From Marsupella aquatica (Eukaryota > Plantae > Marchantiophyta), in contig OZ316899.1 in the NCBI GenBank assembly GCA_973895155.1, positions 13,829,934 through 13,893,933 on the forward strand: DNA of 64,000 nt, given 5' to 3'. The notes under the pieces were generated by a model. It was not told the DNA's origin. It saw only the letters and a program-made list of their open reading frames with translations, and did not search any database. Made by a program: the position numbers and the translations under genes. The first letter of the stretch is position 1; each line of letters opens with the position of its first letter. Shown piece after piece: positions 40,730-52,259 of the stretch.

Positions 40730-42931
40730 TGCTGACGGAAAGTGAGGGTGAGGAGTAACATGATGCAGGGGAGCGGGAACTAGGTCAAAAGTAGCGTAAA
40801 TCTCAAAGCGGGCGGTGCGGCAGATTTGGCAGTGTCACACGGGAACGCGAGGGAGGTGCACAAGGGAGCTGGTGGATATTGCGATGGCGGTGCGTGGGAA
40901 AGCATGGGAGCTATGTCCTGTGAATGCAAGGGAAGTTCCAGCTCAGTAATGATCGCTCAAATGCCGTTTCATTTTTGCTTTGCTGTTTGATCGTTGTTTT
41001 GCAGATCATTGTCCTCGACAATCATCCCAACTTGCATCTGTCACACCATTCTAGGTAGTGTTAGAGTGTATCGTACTATCTAGATCCGTATGTTTGGTAT
41101 ATGTGCTATATGAGCCGATAAGGTTCCGTTAGGTTTGTGTGAGAGGGTACTTCTCACTTGTGAGGCATTGAAAGGTCATCTTTCAATGTTGAGCCTTGGA
41201 GAGAGAGGAGCTTGAGTGTGGCTATGGTGGCTGTGAGCTCCGCTTGTGTAACGTGGATTCCTTGAGTAGTGCAAGGTGCGTTGGCTTGACATACGTGTGT
41301 GATCGGATTGGTGCGGGATTGATGGGGTATTGTTGAACGGGATTGTTGTGCCGATTGTTGAGGAGATTACATTGAAAGATTAGATTCGAAATCTGTTGTA
41401 CGGACTGTGCGGACAGAAGTTTGATTGATTGAGTTGTCGACGGTTTGTGGTAGCTCGGATCGTGTGTTGTTACCAAACAGATCGTTGATATCTCAATCTG
41501 TAGCGATGTTGAGTTGCTGTCCGATCGGCCTACTTCCCGATCAATATATAGATCTGTGATTGGTGACAGGTTTTGAGTTCGAACATTATCGTGGGCTGGC
41601 TATCGAAGGAAATCAGTTCGGGATGTTGAGGCTATTGTGTTGATCGTTAGCTTCTGTCAATCTGCACTAAAGGTTGGATTGCGATCTGTGAAAGGCGGGT
41701 TCACAAAGCTCTGATTGGATCTCCTGTTTTTATGAAGGAAATTGCTCCTTCCAATTTCAAATGTTGCCAGATCTGATAGCAAGTTGTTGATCTACAAAAC
41801 CCAGTTGGAGATGTTCAACTGTGTTCCTGCATTGATTTGCTGTTTTCAAGAAGAAACATTCACAAATGTTGCTGGATTTGTAGTGGCACCAATGACGCAG
41901 GTGCGAAAGTGAACTATCAACGATCGTGAATTGTCGATGCTTCTGAAGCTGCATTTTTTGTGAAGGGATTGAGGGCCGATGTTGCCAAATTGTGTATGCT
42001 GTTAGACGGCGTATTTGTGAAGGAAATTGTTGCTTTCGAGTGGCAAATGTTGCCATTTATGAGCCCGACGAATTCTATTTTGTGTACACACACAACTATG
42101 TGCACATAAGGCAAATCGCGAGGTCACCCATCCCGGGACTATTCTTAGTCGCGAGCGCAAGGGCGAAATGCAAGGTCACCCATCCCAAGACTGAATGAGT
42201 CACGAGCGCAAGGCAAACCGCAAGGTCCAAGTCGCGAACGCAAGGCAAAGCGCGAGGTCACCCATCCCGGGGCTATTCCCAGCCGCAAGCGCTTAACTGA
42301 CAAGTTCTCATCCCACCTTGTGTACACACAAGCTTTCACAACTTGTTGTTTAGATTCAAGCGCCGTGGGGCTTTATACACTTCTCGATTTGTTTAGAGGC
42401 CTATTTTAGGCCAAATTAGAGGCTGGTTTAGGGTTTTTGATACTTTTGAATCCATCTAGAGTCACGGATTGAACCAATTTTGCCTTGATTCTCATCTACA
42501 ACATTGGAGTGCCATTGTGAAGCCTATTATGAAGGCTCTTCCTTGAACCTTATGCACATTGTCATATTGATTTGCATTTGCTTTTGTGTGGAGAGTTGAA
42601 TGGTATCCATTCTTGTTTCTGGATCCTCTTCACACATGCTTCCTGTTTATGCGCCATGTTAGTTTGGCGTGGGTGCGTGATTCTATAGGAGTGATCCGGG
42701 TTTGCAACCGGACATTCTAGTTGTGCTACGTATTTCTCTCCTGGTGGTGTTGGAGTGATGCCCAACACACCATGGTGAGTGCTTGTGTTGCTGACAGGGA
42801 CAAATTGCCCTTAAGGTTAGCATATAGATTAGGTTAGGTTAGACACCACGGATTCTTTTGGTGCTGCTGGGTTACCCGATGGACGACGGACCGGTTTTAC
42901 TCGGAGTGGGGCGTAGTTTCGGCCAGCGGCA
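40730..42931 (+). mobile_element. Probable 5' LTR of the DNMT-carrying gypsy-like element
   Basis: TGC...GCA termini, followed after 1 nt by a TGG-starting PBS-like site and then gag. Internal GCAAGG..GGTCACCCATCCC repeats at 42108-42270. The left boundary is uncertain. Confidence 0.5.
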
Positions 42932-44270
42932 TTGGTAGCAGTCAGCAGTGCAGCTTCAGACAGTGATTCCGACAAGGACTCAGTGACCAGTTCTCCTCGT
43001 CATCAGGTGGTTGCACCTTTGTTGTGGGATATGGACAAGATGTACGGGGCTACAAAGGGCCCACGACGATACTCTGGTGCAGTTGGCACAATTGATCTGG
43101 ATGACTTCATCCAGGAGTTTGATACGTGGTGCGATATGCAGACATTGCGTAACGCCACGTTGTTTACCCCTTTCATGGCATGGAAGGGATTATTTCAGCA
43201 TTTGGAGGGGCCACCCATGGATGACTACCATGAGTTTTGGAAGGCTCATTTGGTTGAGATTGAGGCATGGAGGCAGCATTGGTCGCCTAATTACGTGTCC
43301 ATCACCTATGGCACTAGTGCGGCAACCCAACCCATTGCCACAACTGCTGCTTCTTCTAGTAGTACTAGCCAGAGTGGCACACCATCCACTAGTAGCACTC
43401 CAACAACATCCACCGCTACTCCTACCGGTGTGATTGTGATAGGAACTGGAGTTGCGCCAGCATTTAACCCTATGGTGGAATTCTTTGAGGTACTGAAGCA
43501 GAACTATCAGGGTGTGAGAACTGATAAGTTGAAGGGTCTCCAGGAGTTCCAGCGCAAGACTGGAGAGAGTCTACGTGAGGCATACACTCGTATGCGCAGA
43601 TTGATCACTGTCACCAAGGGAGTGACAAAGGCTCAGGCAGTCCAGTTTTGGTATGCAATTCTGGACAGAGAATTGCGACGCAGAGTGAGAGATGTCACTC
43701 TGCTTAGGGATCCAGATCCCACATTAGCAGTTGTTTTTACACTTTCTGAGCGCATTGAGCTCAATATGGTGAATGAGAAGGTGGTGACTTCCGGATTTGC
43801 CAAGGAAGCACCAAAGGCTGCATCTACATCCACACCATAGCCTACTGCACGGAAGAGCCAGAGGGAGAAGCCTACTGCACGAGAGTCTACCAGCCAGAGA
43901 CCTGTGCCCTCTTATGCTGGACAACAGTCAGGATGTTGGACCTATGGTGGGGATCATGCACAGAGATATTGCCCAGATCATAGAGGATCAAGGGGAGCAT
44001 CAGCGCCTGATCAGCGATAGTATGATCATTGTGGAGCTCCTGGACACACCAAGGATAGGTGTTTCTCACTCCATCTTGAGTTACGGAGAGGAGGATCCCG
44101 TACACATGATCAGGGAAGAGGAGGAGGAGGTAGAGGCGGTGGACGTGGTCATGGCATGCCACATGCAGGGAGACAGGGAGGTGACACTGCCCCTGCTGTA
44201 ACCATAGATCCAAAGGATGCTAAGATTGCTCAATTGGAGCAACAGCTAGCTGCCATGGCTAGTTCCTACT
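42932..44270 (+). pseudogene. Retrotransposon Gag with two CCHC knuckles
   Basis: YSGAVGTIDLDDFIQEFDTW and LQEFQRKTGESLREAYTRMRRL (gag MHR-like). Reading through TAG 43838 gives CWTYGGDHAQRYCP and YDHCGAPGHTKDRC (knuckles with Cys>Tyr decay) and a Gly/Arg-rich tail. Confidence 0.85.
42933..42941 (+). other. Putative primer binding site TGGTAGCAG
   Basis: ...GCGGCA T TGGTAGCAG directly between the LTR-like region and gag. TGG is complementary to tRNA CCA. Confidence 0.5.
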
Positions 44271-44837
44271 TCTGGTGATGGGGCATCTACATCCTATGGA
44301 CCTTTCACATCCCATGGTCCTTCCACATCTTATGGAGCTGATGGAGACCTTGCCACCATGGGATTCAGGTGTGGCACTGCACATATTGATGCATCAGTAG
44401 CTTTGACACGTGGGGCAGCCAAAGCTCTTGAGCCCCGAGGAGCAGTAGTGGAGTTAGACACACACAGAGGGGGGATGCACGTCGGTAGACAAAGCTTCCT
44501 CAGTCTTTTACATTGTCAGAGACAGTTCAGACTGCCTCTATGAACCCGGTTCGGACAAACCCTGGCGTGGGTAAGTTGGCAGAATTAGGTAGTGATGCAG
44601 TAGGGATGACAGGTACGTTGCTGGGGGCGGCTACTGCCATAGTATGCATCCCATTATTTTCAGCGACAGACATGCTGAACTTGGGAGTTGGTCCTACAGA
44701 AGTGTTCAGATTGGCAGCTACACTCTGTGAGGACACTCCAGTGGTTGCTTCCCATGCAGAAGCAGCTTGCAATGTTGAAGCAGTGAAGACCATGCCACCC
44801 TGCTACTAGTGAGACATGGCATGCAGCAGCAGCGAGG

Positions 44838-45330
44838 TTGGTGGATTTACCAGCACACCCTACATTTGAGAGGACTAGGTTTAAACCTAGTGTTGTATTA
44901 TTGGATAATCGGAGTGGTATCTTCCGATTAGTTGGGCCTTCTGGAGCAGTATACCAGCCAGAGAGGGTGTTACTGGATACTGGTGCTCAACCCTTGATGT
45001 TGGGAAATTCTGTCATACGTGGATTGGGATTGCGTCCAAAAGATTTGGAGGATTGTCCCTTTCCCATTCAGACTTCATTGGGGGGACCTACACCTACACA
45101 ACATATCACCAGGAGACCACTTGATTTGAGGATTCAGGATGGTCATCCGACAGATAGCTCACAGATACAGGCACGAGCTATTTTGACTAAGGCAGAGTCA
45201 TATGATGTGTTGGTGGGATGTACAGTACTCTACCCCATGGGATTTATTCTTGATTTTTGGGAGGAATCAGTGTCATATAGACCTGATTGGCAGTCAGGAG
45301 ATGCTCGATTGAGCAAATTTCCAGTGAGAT
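44838..45330 (+). pseudogene. Retropepsin-type aspartic protease domain
   Basis: VLLDTGAQPLMLG catalytic motif and the distal YDVLVG motif. Confidence 0.88.
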
Positions 45331-45679
45331 TTAGTGGACCTGTGGGAGGCCCTAAATCCACACCATTGTCTTTGGCAGCATTCAGTGGTCTAATTGTTGG
45401 ACCTAATGATTTTATTGAGGGTAATGCGCATGCAGCAGATGTTCCACCATTGGAGGAGTCTCATGAGGAGCACATCATGCGAGGATTACCTAATGGCAGT
45501 GTTGTGCCACCAGTGTGGGGCACTGCACAGGCCTTGCCACAGGCAGCAGCACGATTGGTACATGATGCATGGCGTCATGCTTTTACACCACAGTCAGGAG
45601 CAGAGCAGTCTCTTGCAGATGGACCTGTGACTCTTTCACCATTGGATACCACTCCTATTGCTTGGCAGTATCCACCGAA

Positions 45680-46211
45680 GGGTATTTGTTTGTTGGATCT
45701 TTTTGGTGGGATTAGCACTGGATTGGCTGTTGTTCTTCAGGCATGAATTCCTGTGTGTCGTTATTTGTATGTGGAGACAGATGAGACAGCACGGAGGGTC
45801 TCATTGCGACATGTGGCTATGTTAGTGGATAGATATCCACAGTTGCTGCTAGTGGATGCTGTTCATGGTTATCAGCATGCACTACCTGCTGATATTTCAT
45901 TGTTGGGGGCGGATCATCTGCATCATGTTGGCCTCATTGATTTGGTGATTGCTGGTTGGCCATGTCAGGGCCAATCTAGAGCTGGCGTTGGGCATGGACT
46001 TCATGATCTACGCTCTGCATTGTTTTGGGAGATGTTACGGGTGCTGCGTCATCTCCAGCTACATCAGACACAGTCTCCAGCATACATTTTGGAGAATGTG
46101 CCATTGTTAGGTGATGATCGTAGTCGGATTGTTGCCAGTGTTCACCAGGTGAGGTCTTGGATTGGACCTGCTGTGTTATTGGATGCTGCACGTGTGGGTT
46201 CTCGTGCACAT
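45680..46211 (+). pseudogene. DNA (cytosine-5)-methyltransferase domain, in frame with the protease and 3'-truncated
   Basis: Motif I LLDLFGGISTG; motif II YLYVETD; motif IV IDLVIAGWPCQGQSRAG; motif V DLRSALFWE; motif VI YILENV; start of motif VIII GSRAH. One in-frame TGA at 45744-45746. Confidence 0.92.
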
Positions 46212-47121
46212 TGCCAGGCATTAGCGGCAGAGTAGGAATAGAATAGGGTTAGGAATAGCTAAGTCAGGCAATTGGGATAGGCACCTGCCTTAGTTACAGC
46301 AGCACTGCCATGCTGTCCAGCCTGCGTAGATTAGGATCTTCTAATAAGACACAGCCATTTTTTGGCCTGACAGTCAGATTACTTAGGACCTAAGTCAGCG
46401 AATCTTCGGCCGGGAGGACACTCTGTTCCTCGGCCCTTAGTATTTAGTGCACCCCTCGGTAGAGGCAGGGGGGTTTTTAGTCTCAGAGTTGGACATCCGT
46501 GGTATGTGCGGGGAGTCCCGACCTCTGGGAGTGAAAGAGTACCAAGGGGAGGGGGTAGGACTAAGCTCGCCGGGCGAGTGCGGAGCCGGGCTCCATTGTA
46601 GTGTACTCCCTCGGCCTTGAACCTGTTCATTCCGGAGCTGTCGGGTCAACCAAGTGTACGCATATGTCCCCTATGTAGTAAAATCCTTTCCCATTATTTC
46701 CTTTGTGTAAATCGAGATTGTATGCTTGTGCGCGTGTATGTGTGTGTGAATCTCGTGTATAGGTGACAACGTCGGGCCGAACGCACTACCCGAGTTGTGC
46801 ACGGGGTGCAGCTTGCGGGTATGTGGTTGTGAGCATGGGTTGAGGACCTGTATCATTGAATCCGGATCGAAGGCGGACAACACGAAGGCTTAGAAGTCCT
46901 TAAGCCGGGGTCGATCCTGTTATCGACTAAGGTACATTCCGGCGGCGGAACACAAACCATACCTAGGAGATGTCCGTATCTAACAGTAGGCGCACTTAGC
47001 GCTAGTTTACGTGAATTAGGTGCATTACGTTCTTCCCTCCCTACCCGAACCCTCATATTTACGAAGGATGTGCCCGTTTAAAGCTGAAGCCCGAGTTAAG
47101 GCCAAGGCTGATGACGTGACA
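46212..47121 (+). mobile_element. LTR (~910 bp) truncating the methyltransferase
   Basis: TG at 46212 is exactly where DNMT homology stops. Ends ...GACGTGACA, matching the copy at 1-213. TATA-like TATTTAG at 46441. Confidence 0.75.
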
Positions 47122-47470
47122 AAAAGAATAGAAGACCGGATTGGGGTTGGACTCAACCTCTTAATGTACCGGTTCATTGAGGGTTTAGGGTTTATGAGCA
47201 CAGTGCACTTATGTTGCATCCGCACCTCAGTGCCGTGTGGTTATGGAGGTTTAGGGTTTAGGGTGAGCTCGGACACGGACGACTCAAGCCCCCGACGGAC
47301 CCGATGACTTCATATGGGACCAATTTCCCATCCCGCCCAGCGATGGCTACACCCACCACTACCGTCCCCGTCCTCGACCTACACCTGCCACCGCCGTACC
47401 CACATCGGTGAGACCATCGATCGCCCAGCCTGCTGAGGTGGAGTTTGTAACCTCCGAGCCTGTTACGGCA

Positions 47471-49739
47471 TGTGACAGGGCCCCAAACCCGATAATAACT
47501 TAGTGATAACTTATAATTGCGTATATAAGTAGAAAGACAAGTAGGTGTAGTAAAAGTGTTTGGATTTTCAAAATTTTCATTTTTGTTAGTTCTAATAAAT
47601 GGATGCGACAACTGGACGAAACGGAGTTGAGAGGGGTGCCGGGCGGTGATGGATGACAAGGGAACCATTGAGGGGGTACAAGGAGGCCACAAGGCAGGCC
47701 AAGGACTTGGAGCCAAGGTGTGGGCATCTTGGAGGGGTGGGGGCTGGTCGGAGGCTCCACGTAAGGCGCAAAACGGGAATAATGACCAAAATATAGAAAA
47801 CGTTGAAACTTAAAACAGACGTTGCTGCGCTAGTACTATTTTAAACATGGTCATGTTTGGATTCATTTTGAAGCCCTCAATGAGCCCCATGCGAAACTGA
47901 GGTTCTCTAGTTGATTTTAGGTCTATATCAAACAGTGACATCTTGAGGGACCTCAACGCCCGTAAAATGGCAAACTAGGCAATCTTGGAGTAGTGATGGT
48001 GGGAGGGCCCTTAGAAGGAAGGGGTTCCCACACTTGTGTTCCCCTTCACCCTTTGTGTGGTCCTCACATGGTTTTTTGCTCTCTTTCCCTTCCCCACTTC
48101 GTAGAGGGGCACTCCGTAGAAGGGGCCCTCACACTTTCTTCCTTCCCTTTTTCTCTATTCTCACTTGTGGGGTTTCCACCCATCTCTAAACCCTTTCCCT
48201 CTTGTGCTTGCTTTCAATGTGTGTACGGACCCTGGTTGTACGAACGTCAGATTTTTTACCATCTCAAAATCAGGAGTCTACAGGCTTGTTGGAATGAGTT
48301 CGCCGAGCTGAATCCAACGATGTGTCACACGGCCAAAACGGAGCTAAGACAAGGGAGATACAACTGATCGCGTTTTTTGAGAATACTGGGGTTTTTGAGG
48401 CCGTACGGACGTGCGTACGGCAAGAGGTCCCGGCTTTGCAAGGGAAGAAGGAGGTAGCAGCACATACGGAGAAACAGTGATATGTGTTTTACAAAGACGG
48501 GCCCCTGGTGTTGTACGGACGAAACGGAGGGAGACGATGCCCCGTGAAAACTTAAACGACCATATCTTGGCCGTTTGACCTCCATTTTGTGCACCGTTTA
48601 CGGAGCCGTGATCAGGAGGAGGAGGGCTCCTCAGATATGTTTTCAGAAGTAAATTCTGAGAAAATTTTAGTTTCGACAATTGTAGGGGCCCCCTCCTTTT
48701 ACAACGGACCAGAGGTGGCGATCAGGAGGATTGAGGCTGGTAGGCAAGGTAGATAGATATGATAGGAGGTGGTGGACTCAAGTGAGTCCTTGTTTAGCGG
48801 AGTGGTATCCACTCCAATGGAGAGCGATGAGGAGACCAACTCACGGGGCTCAAGCCAGGGCACCGTGAGTGAAGAGGAGGAGGATTAGAGTGGTCGTACG
48901 GACATGGTTGTACGGCCCCTTGACTTTCCAACTTTTTTTTGAGGGGTCACTCACGGGCTTGTTGGAAAGAGCTCGCGAAGCTGATTCCAACAAGAGACGG
49001 CGCTCCTCAAACGGAGCCAGGATGAGCAAGTTAGGGCCCGACGAAGTTGGGTTTATGGGACACTGAAACGACCATAACTTGGTCGTCCGATGTCCGTTTC
49101 AAGAGCGGTTGAGTGATTCATGATCAGGAGGAGGAGGACTATCCAGGGGTGAACTCAGAAGTGCAAGTGGAAGGGCACCTAGTTTCGGCCATTGTGGGGT
49201 TCCTTGCAATTTCACGCTTCACGGAGTAATGTTGGGGCGTCGTCGAAGGCACCGTCGGCCCCATTGTTAGTTTAGGGTTTAGGGTTTTAGAAGCTGCATG
49301 CTTTTAGTTTAGGGTTTTCTTAGTGAAGGATTTAGCGGCGCCGCTAGGGTAAGCCGCCATCGTTGTGGCCCCGTGAGGGGTGCTTTGGTGTGTTTTTTGG
49401 TATTTAGGGGGAAGAGCCCCGTAGTAGTGAGGGGGGGAACTCAGTCTAGTGTTTGCTTAGGGAAGTTAGCTCAGAGCCAGAAGAGGGAATCAAGCCAGAG
49501 TAGTGAGGTAGAGGTGTAGCACTTGCCCCAGCGAGGCAGTAGTTGGGCAGACGGCAGGAGGCCGGGTTGTCCTTGCAATGTGTTACGACGTTTTGCCAAA
49601 AGATATGGATTTGGTTTGATTCCTCGAGTTTTGGTGTGGTGTTACCTTTTCTGGTTCACGATTGTGTTCTTTCCCAAGAAACGTCTAAGGAATCCTTGCA
49701 CGGTTTGGTCAACCATGTGAGTAGGGAGGGGTGGTGACA
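47471..49739 (+). mobile_element. Probable LTR (~2.3 kb)
   Basis: TGT...ACA ends. TATTTAG...CCCCGTAGTAGTGAGGGGGGGAACTCAG promoter-like block similar to the other two LTRs. No coherent ORF and no TSD found. Confidence 0.45.
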
Positions 49740-51004
49740 ACACTCCATCGACGACCAGTAGGAGTGTGTGTGTGGCGTAGTCCATGGGACTTGATCAAAA
49801 GCAGAGCGGCTAGTCGGTAGACTTGATCAAAAATTACATTTCCGGGAGCGGAAATAAACATACTCATCCTACATGCAATAGAATCCTAATAGCGTCCCTC
49901 CACGTTCCCATCATACGATAACAAATGATTTTAGTAGGAGGAAACACGTAATTATTGTGTAAATCGTTTGATAAGCAGGTGACACGGCATCATGGGGGAG
50001 GAGCCAAAACCAGAAGGCAGTAGCATTTCCTAGCCATCGTCCGATGGCGTTGAGTTTGGCGGTTGTCCGGCCATCATCCCGGTTTATTGCCAGGCTGAAG
50101 GAAATTATGGGATCCGGACCGTTGAGAGGAATCTGTTCGAGTCCGACATCAACTCATCCGACGATCAAACACAAGATTATGGGTTTAGAGTTTAGGATAG
50201 GTTTAGGATAGGCAAACTTTAGACGTTGGAGTATGTGTCTCCAAGACGCCAGTCATGAGGCTTAGCACTGTACTTGGTTCAACCGTCCCATAGACGCACA
50301 TGTTGGTGTTTTCGATCATGATCTGTCCCGGTTTGCTCTACACTACTGTCGTGTGAGTGGCTGCCTTTGGGCGTGTATCCACCGGGGTTTCTCCTGGCGC
50401 ATTTTTTACTTTCCGGACGGACCCAATGTGATTCACACAGCCTACACTGAATGAAAGCAGTGAGCGATCATTTCATTCCATCTCTTTGTAACGGCACACA
50501 ATCACGGGTTATGGGCCGGTTGAATGCTTATCCTTGCATTTATGGCATGCACAATGGGCTCGGGAGTTTTGTCTTGGGAGTTTAGGTGTTTAGGGATTAG
50601 GATTCGACAAAACAATTAGCCCAAATGATGACATAAATCATGAACAGAGTTCATCACATCACCGCCAATGCAATGTACCCCAAAGAAACTAAGCTTTGTC
50701 ATCCGGACTATGACATTGGTATCCAATTTTTAGGACGCATGGATCCAAATGTATATCCTCCCGTGACGTTAGACGGCACCATGTCGGAAAGTGTGACGCA
50801 CAACTGTGGCTTTATATTGACTGGAAATCCAGCTAGTGGGAAGCGTAGGTTGTTGTTTTCTCCTGTTATTGATGTTCTGTCCTTCAGTCAGGGACATCCG
50901 GTTTGCTCTACAATACTGTTGTGTGAGTGGCTACACTTCGGGATGAATCCCACCATGGTTTTTACTTTCCGGAACAGAACTGATGTGATTCACACACCCC
51001 AAAC

Positions 51005-51236
51005 CCGGAATGCCCGATCTTTGTGGTCGTTTTGCCACCAGTGACCAAAAAAGACCGTCCCACCATGAAAATACAAACAAACCACATTAAAAAGTAAATT
51101 GATCTCCGCCATTCTTGAAACATGATGGCATCACGAGCCCGGATAGCATTGGGGCCTTCTTCCTTAACCCCCCTCTCATCAACTCCGCCCACTCTGCCTT
51201 CAACCTTGCCGTTGCACAACTATCACGTAGAGCCTA
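51005..51236 (+). repeat. Diverged single monomer of the block A unit
   Basis: AATGCCCG.TCTTTG.GGTC...AAAAGACCGTCCC.CCATGAAAATACAAA...GAGCCCGGATAGCA...TATCACGTAGAGCCT. Confidence 0.8.
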
Positions 51237-52259
51237 CAACAACATCTGTTAAGCAAGGATATGTGTTGTTGGGGAGGTATTTTGATCAGCTAGGGGCTCT
51301 ACCCGAAAGTCGTGCATAATTTTTGTTTTGTAGGCGACATGATTCTGTAGTACAATATCATCATCGGAATTGATTTACTGGCCTGTGGTAGGTCAATGAA
51401 TTGGGACATCAAACAAAATTGGCCAGGCTAATGAGAGCATGTATTCAGGGTTTTGGGGTGAGAGAATGACGCACGGGTGCGTTTGGCCTTGTACCTTTTG
51501 TCGTCATGCGCAAGTACCTCTATGGATGCAGATTATGACCATGGGTTGACGTTTGAGGAACAGAGTTGAAGGAGGTCGGATTTTGCGGTTCAGATGCGAC
51601 ATTGATAGGATGGGGGGTGGTGTCAAGCTTTTTAGGCCGATAAATTGGCTCATCCCACCGGGTATAGCGACCGAGACAGCAAACATGCAAACAACAAATA
51701 CTTTTCCTGTTTACCTTATGCTGTTACCAGGAAAAAACATCTTGTACCAGGGGAAAGAACACACAATCAGGAGTTTAGAATTGTTTAAGTTGGAGTTAGT
51801 CCATTGCGGTGAGGGAGGATACCTTGTCATGAATCGTTGAACCACATAATAATTGAACCTCATATCCCAACACAAACAAGGGCGAGCATACATAAAAATG
51901 TCAAGGAATGCGCACAAAAATGGTAGGTCCCACCACAATCGGCAACAAAATATATGAAAATAATACAAAATGAACGCAGCCCAAAACTTTATGGTATGAT
52001 ATGGTCCAAAATAAAAGCGAAAAACGTCTTGACTAGCGCCTGGCGCTATCTTATCGGTATTTAAGGAAACAAATAGTTGGCGTTGAGAACATCAAGCACA
52101 ACACGATGATATTTAACAGTGTAGCCTAAATGACAAAATTATCAGCGCCTAGAGCTAACAAAACATGGCGCGACATAAATAACACTATACCGTTGACATA
52201 CGACAAAATCAATATAACCGTTTGGACCAAGAATACAACCTACATCATCATGATTCATG

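Noticed and set aside
49271-49287. TTTAGGG runs as a true telomere
   Set aside because: Only about 2 units at scattered sites. These are interstitial telobox-like motifs.
49333-49346. Palindrome TAGCGGCGCCGCTA as another motif copy
   Set aside because: It is 14 bp with a different core and lies inside a separate LTR-like region.
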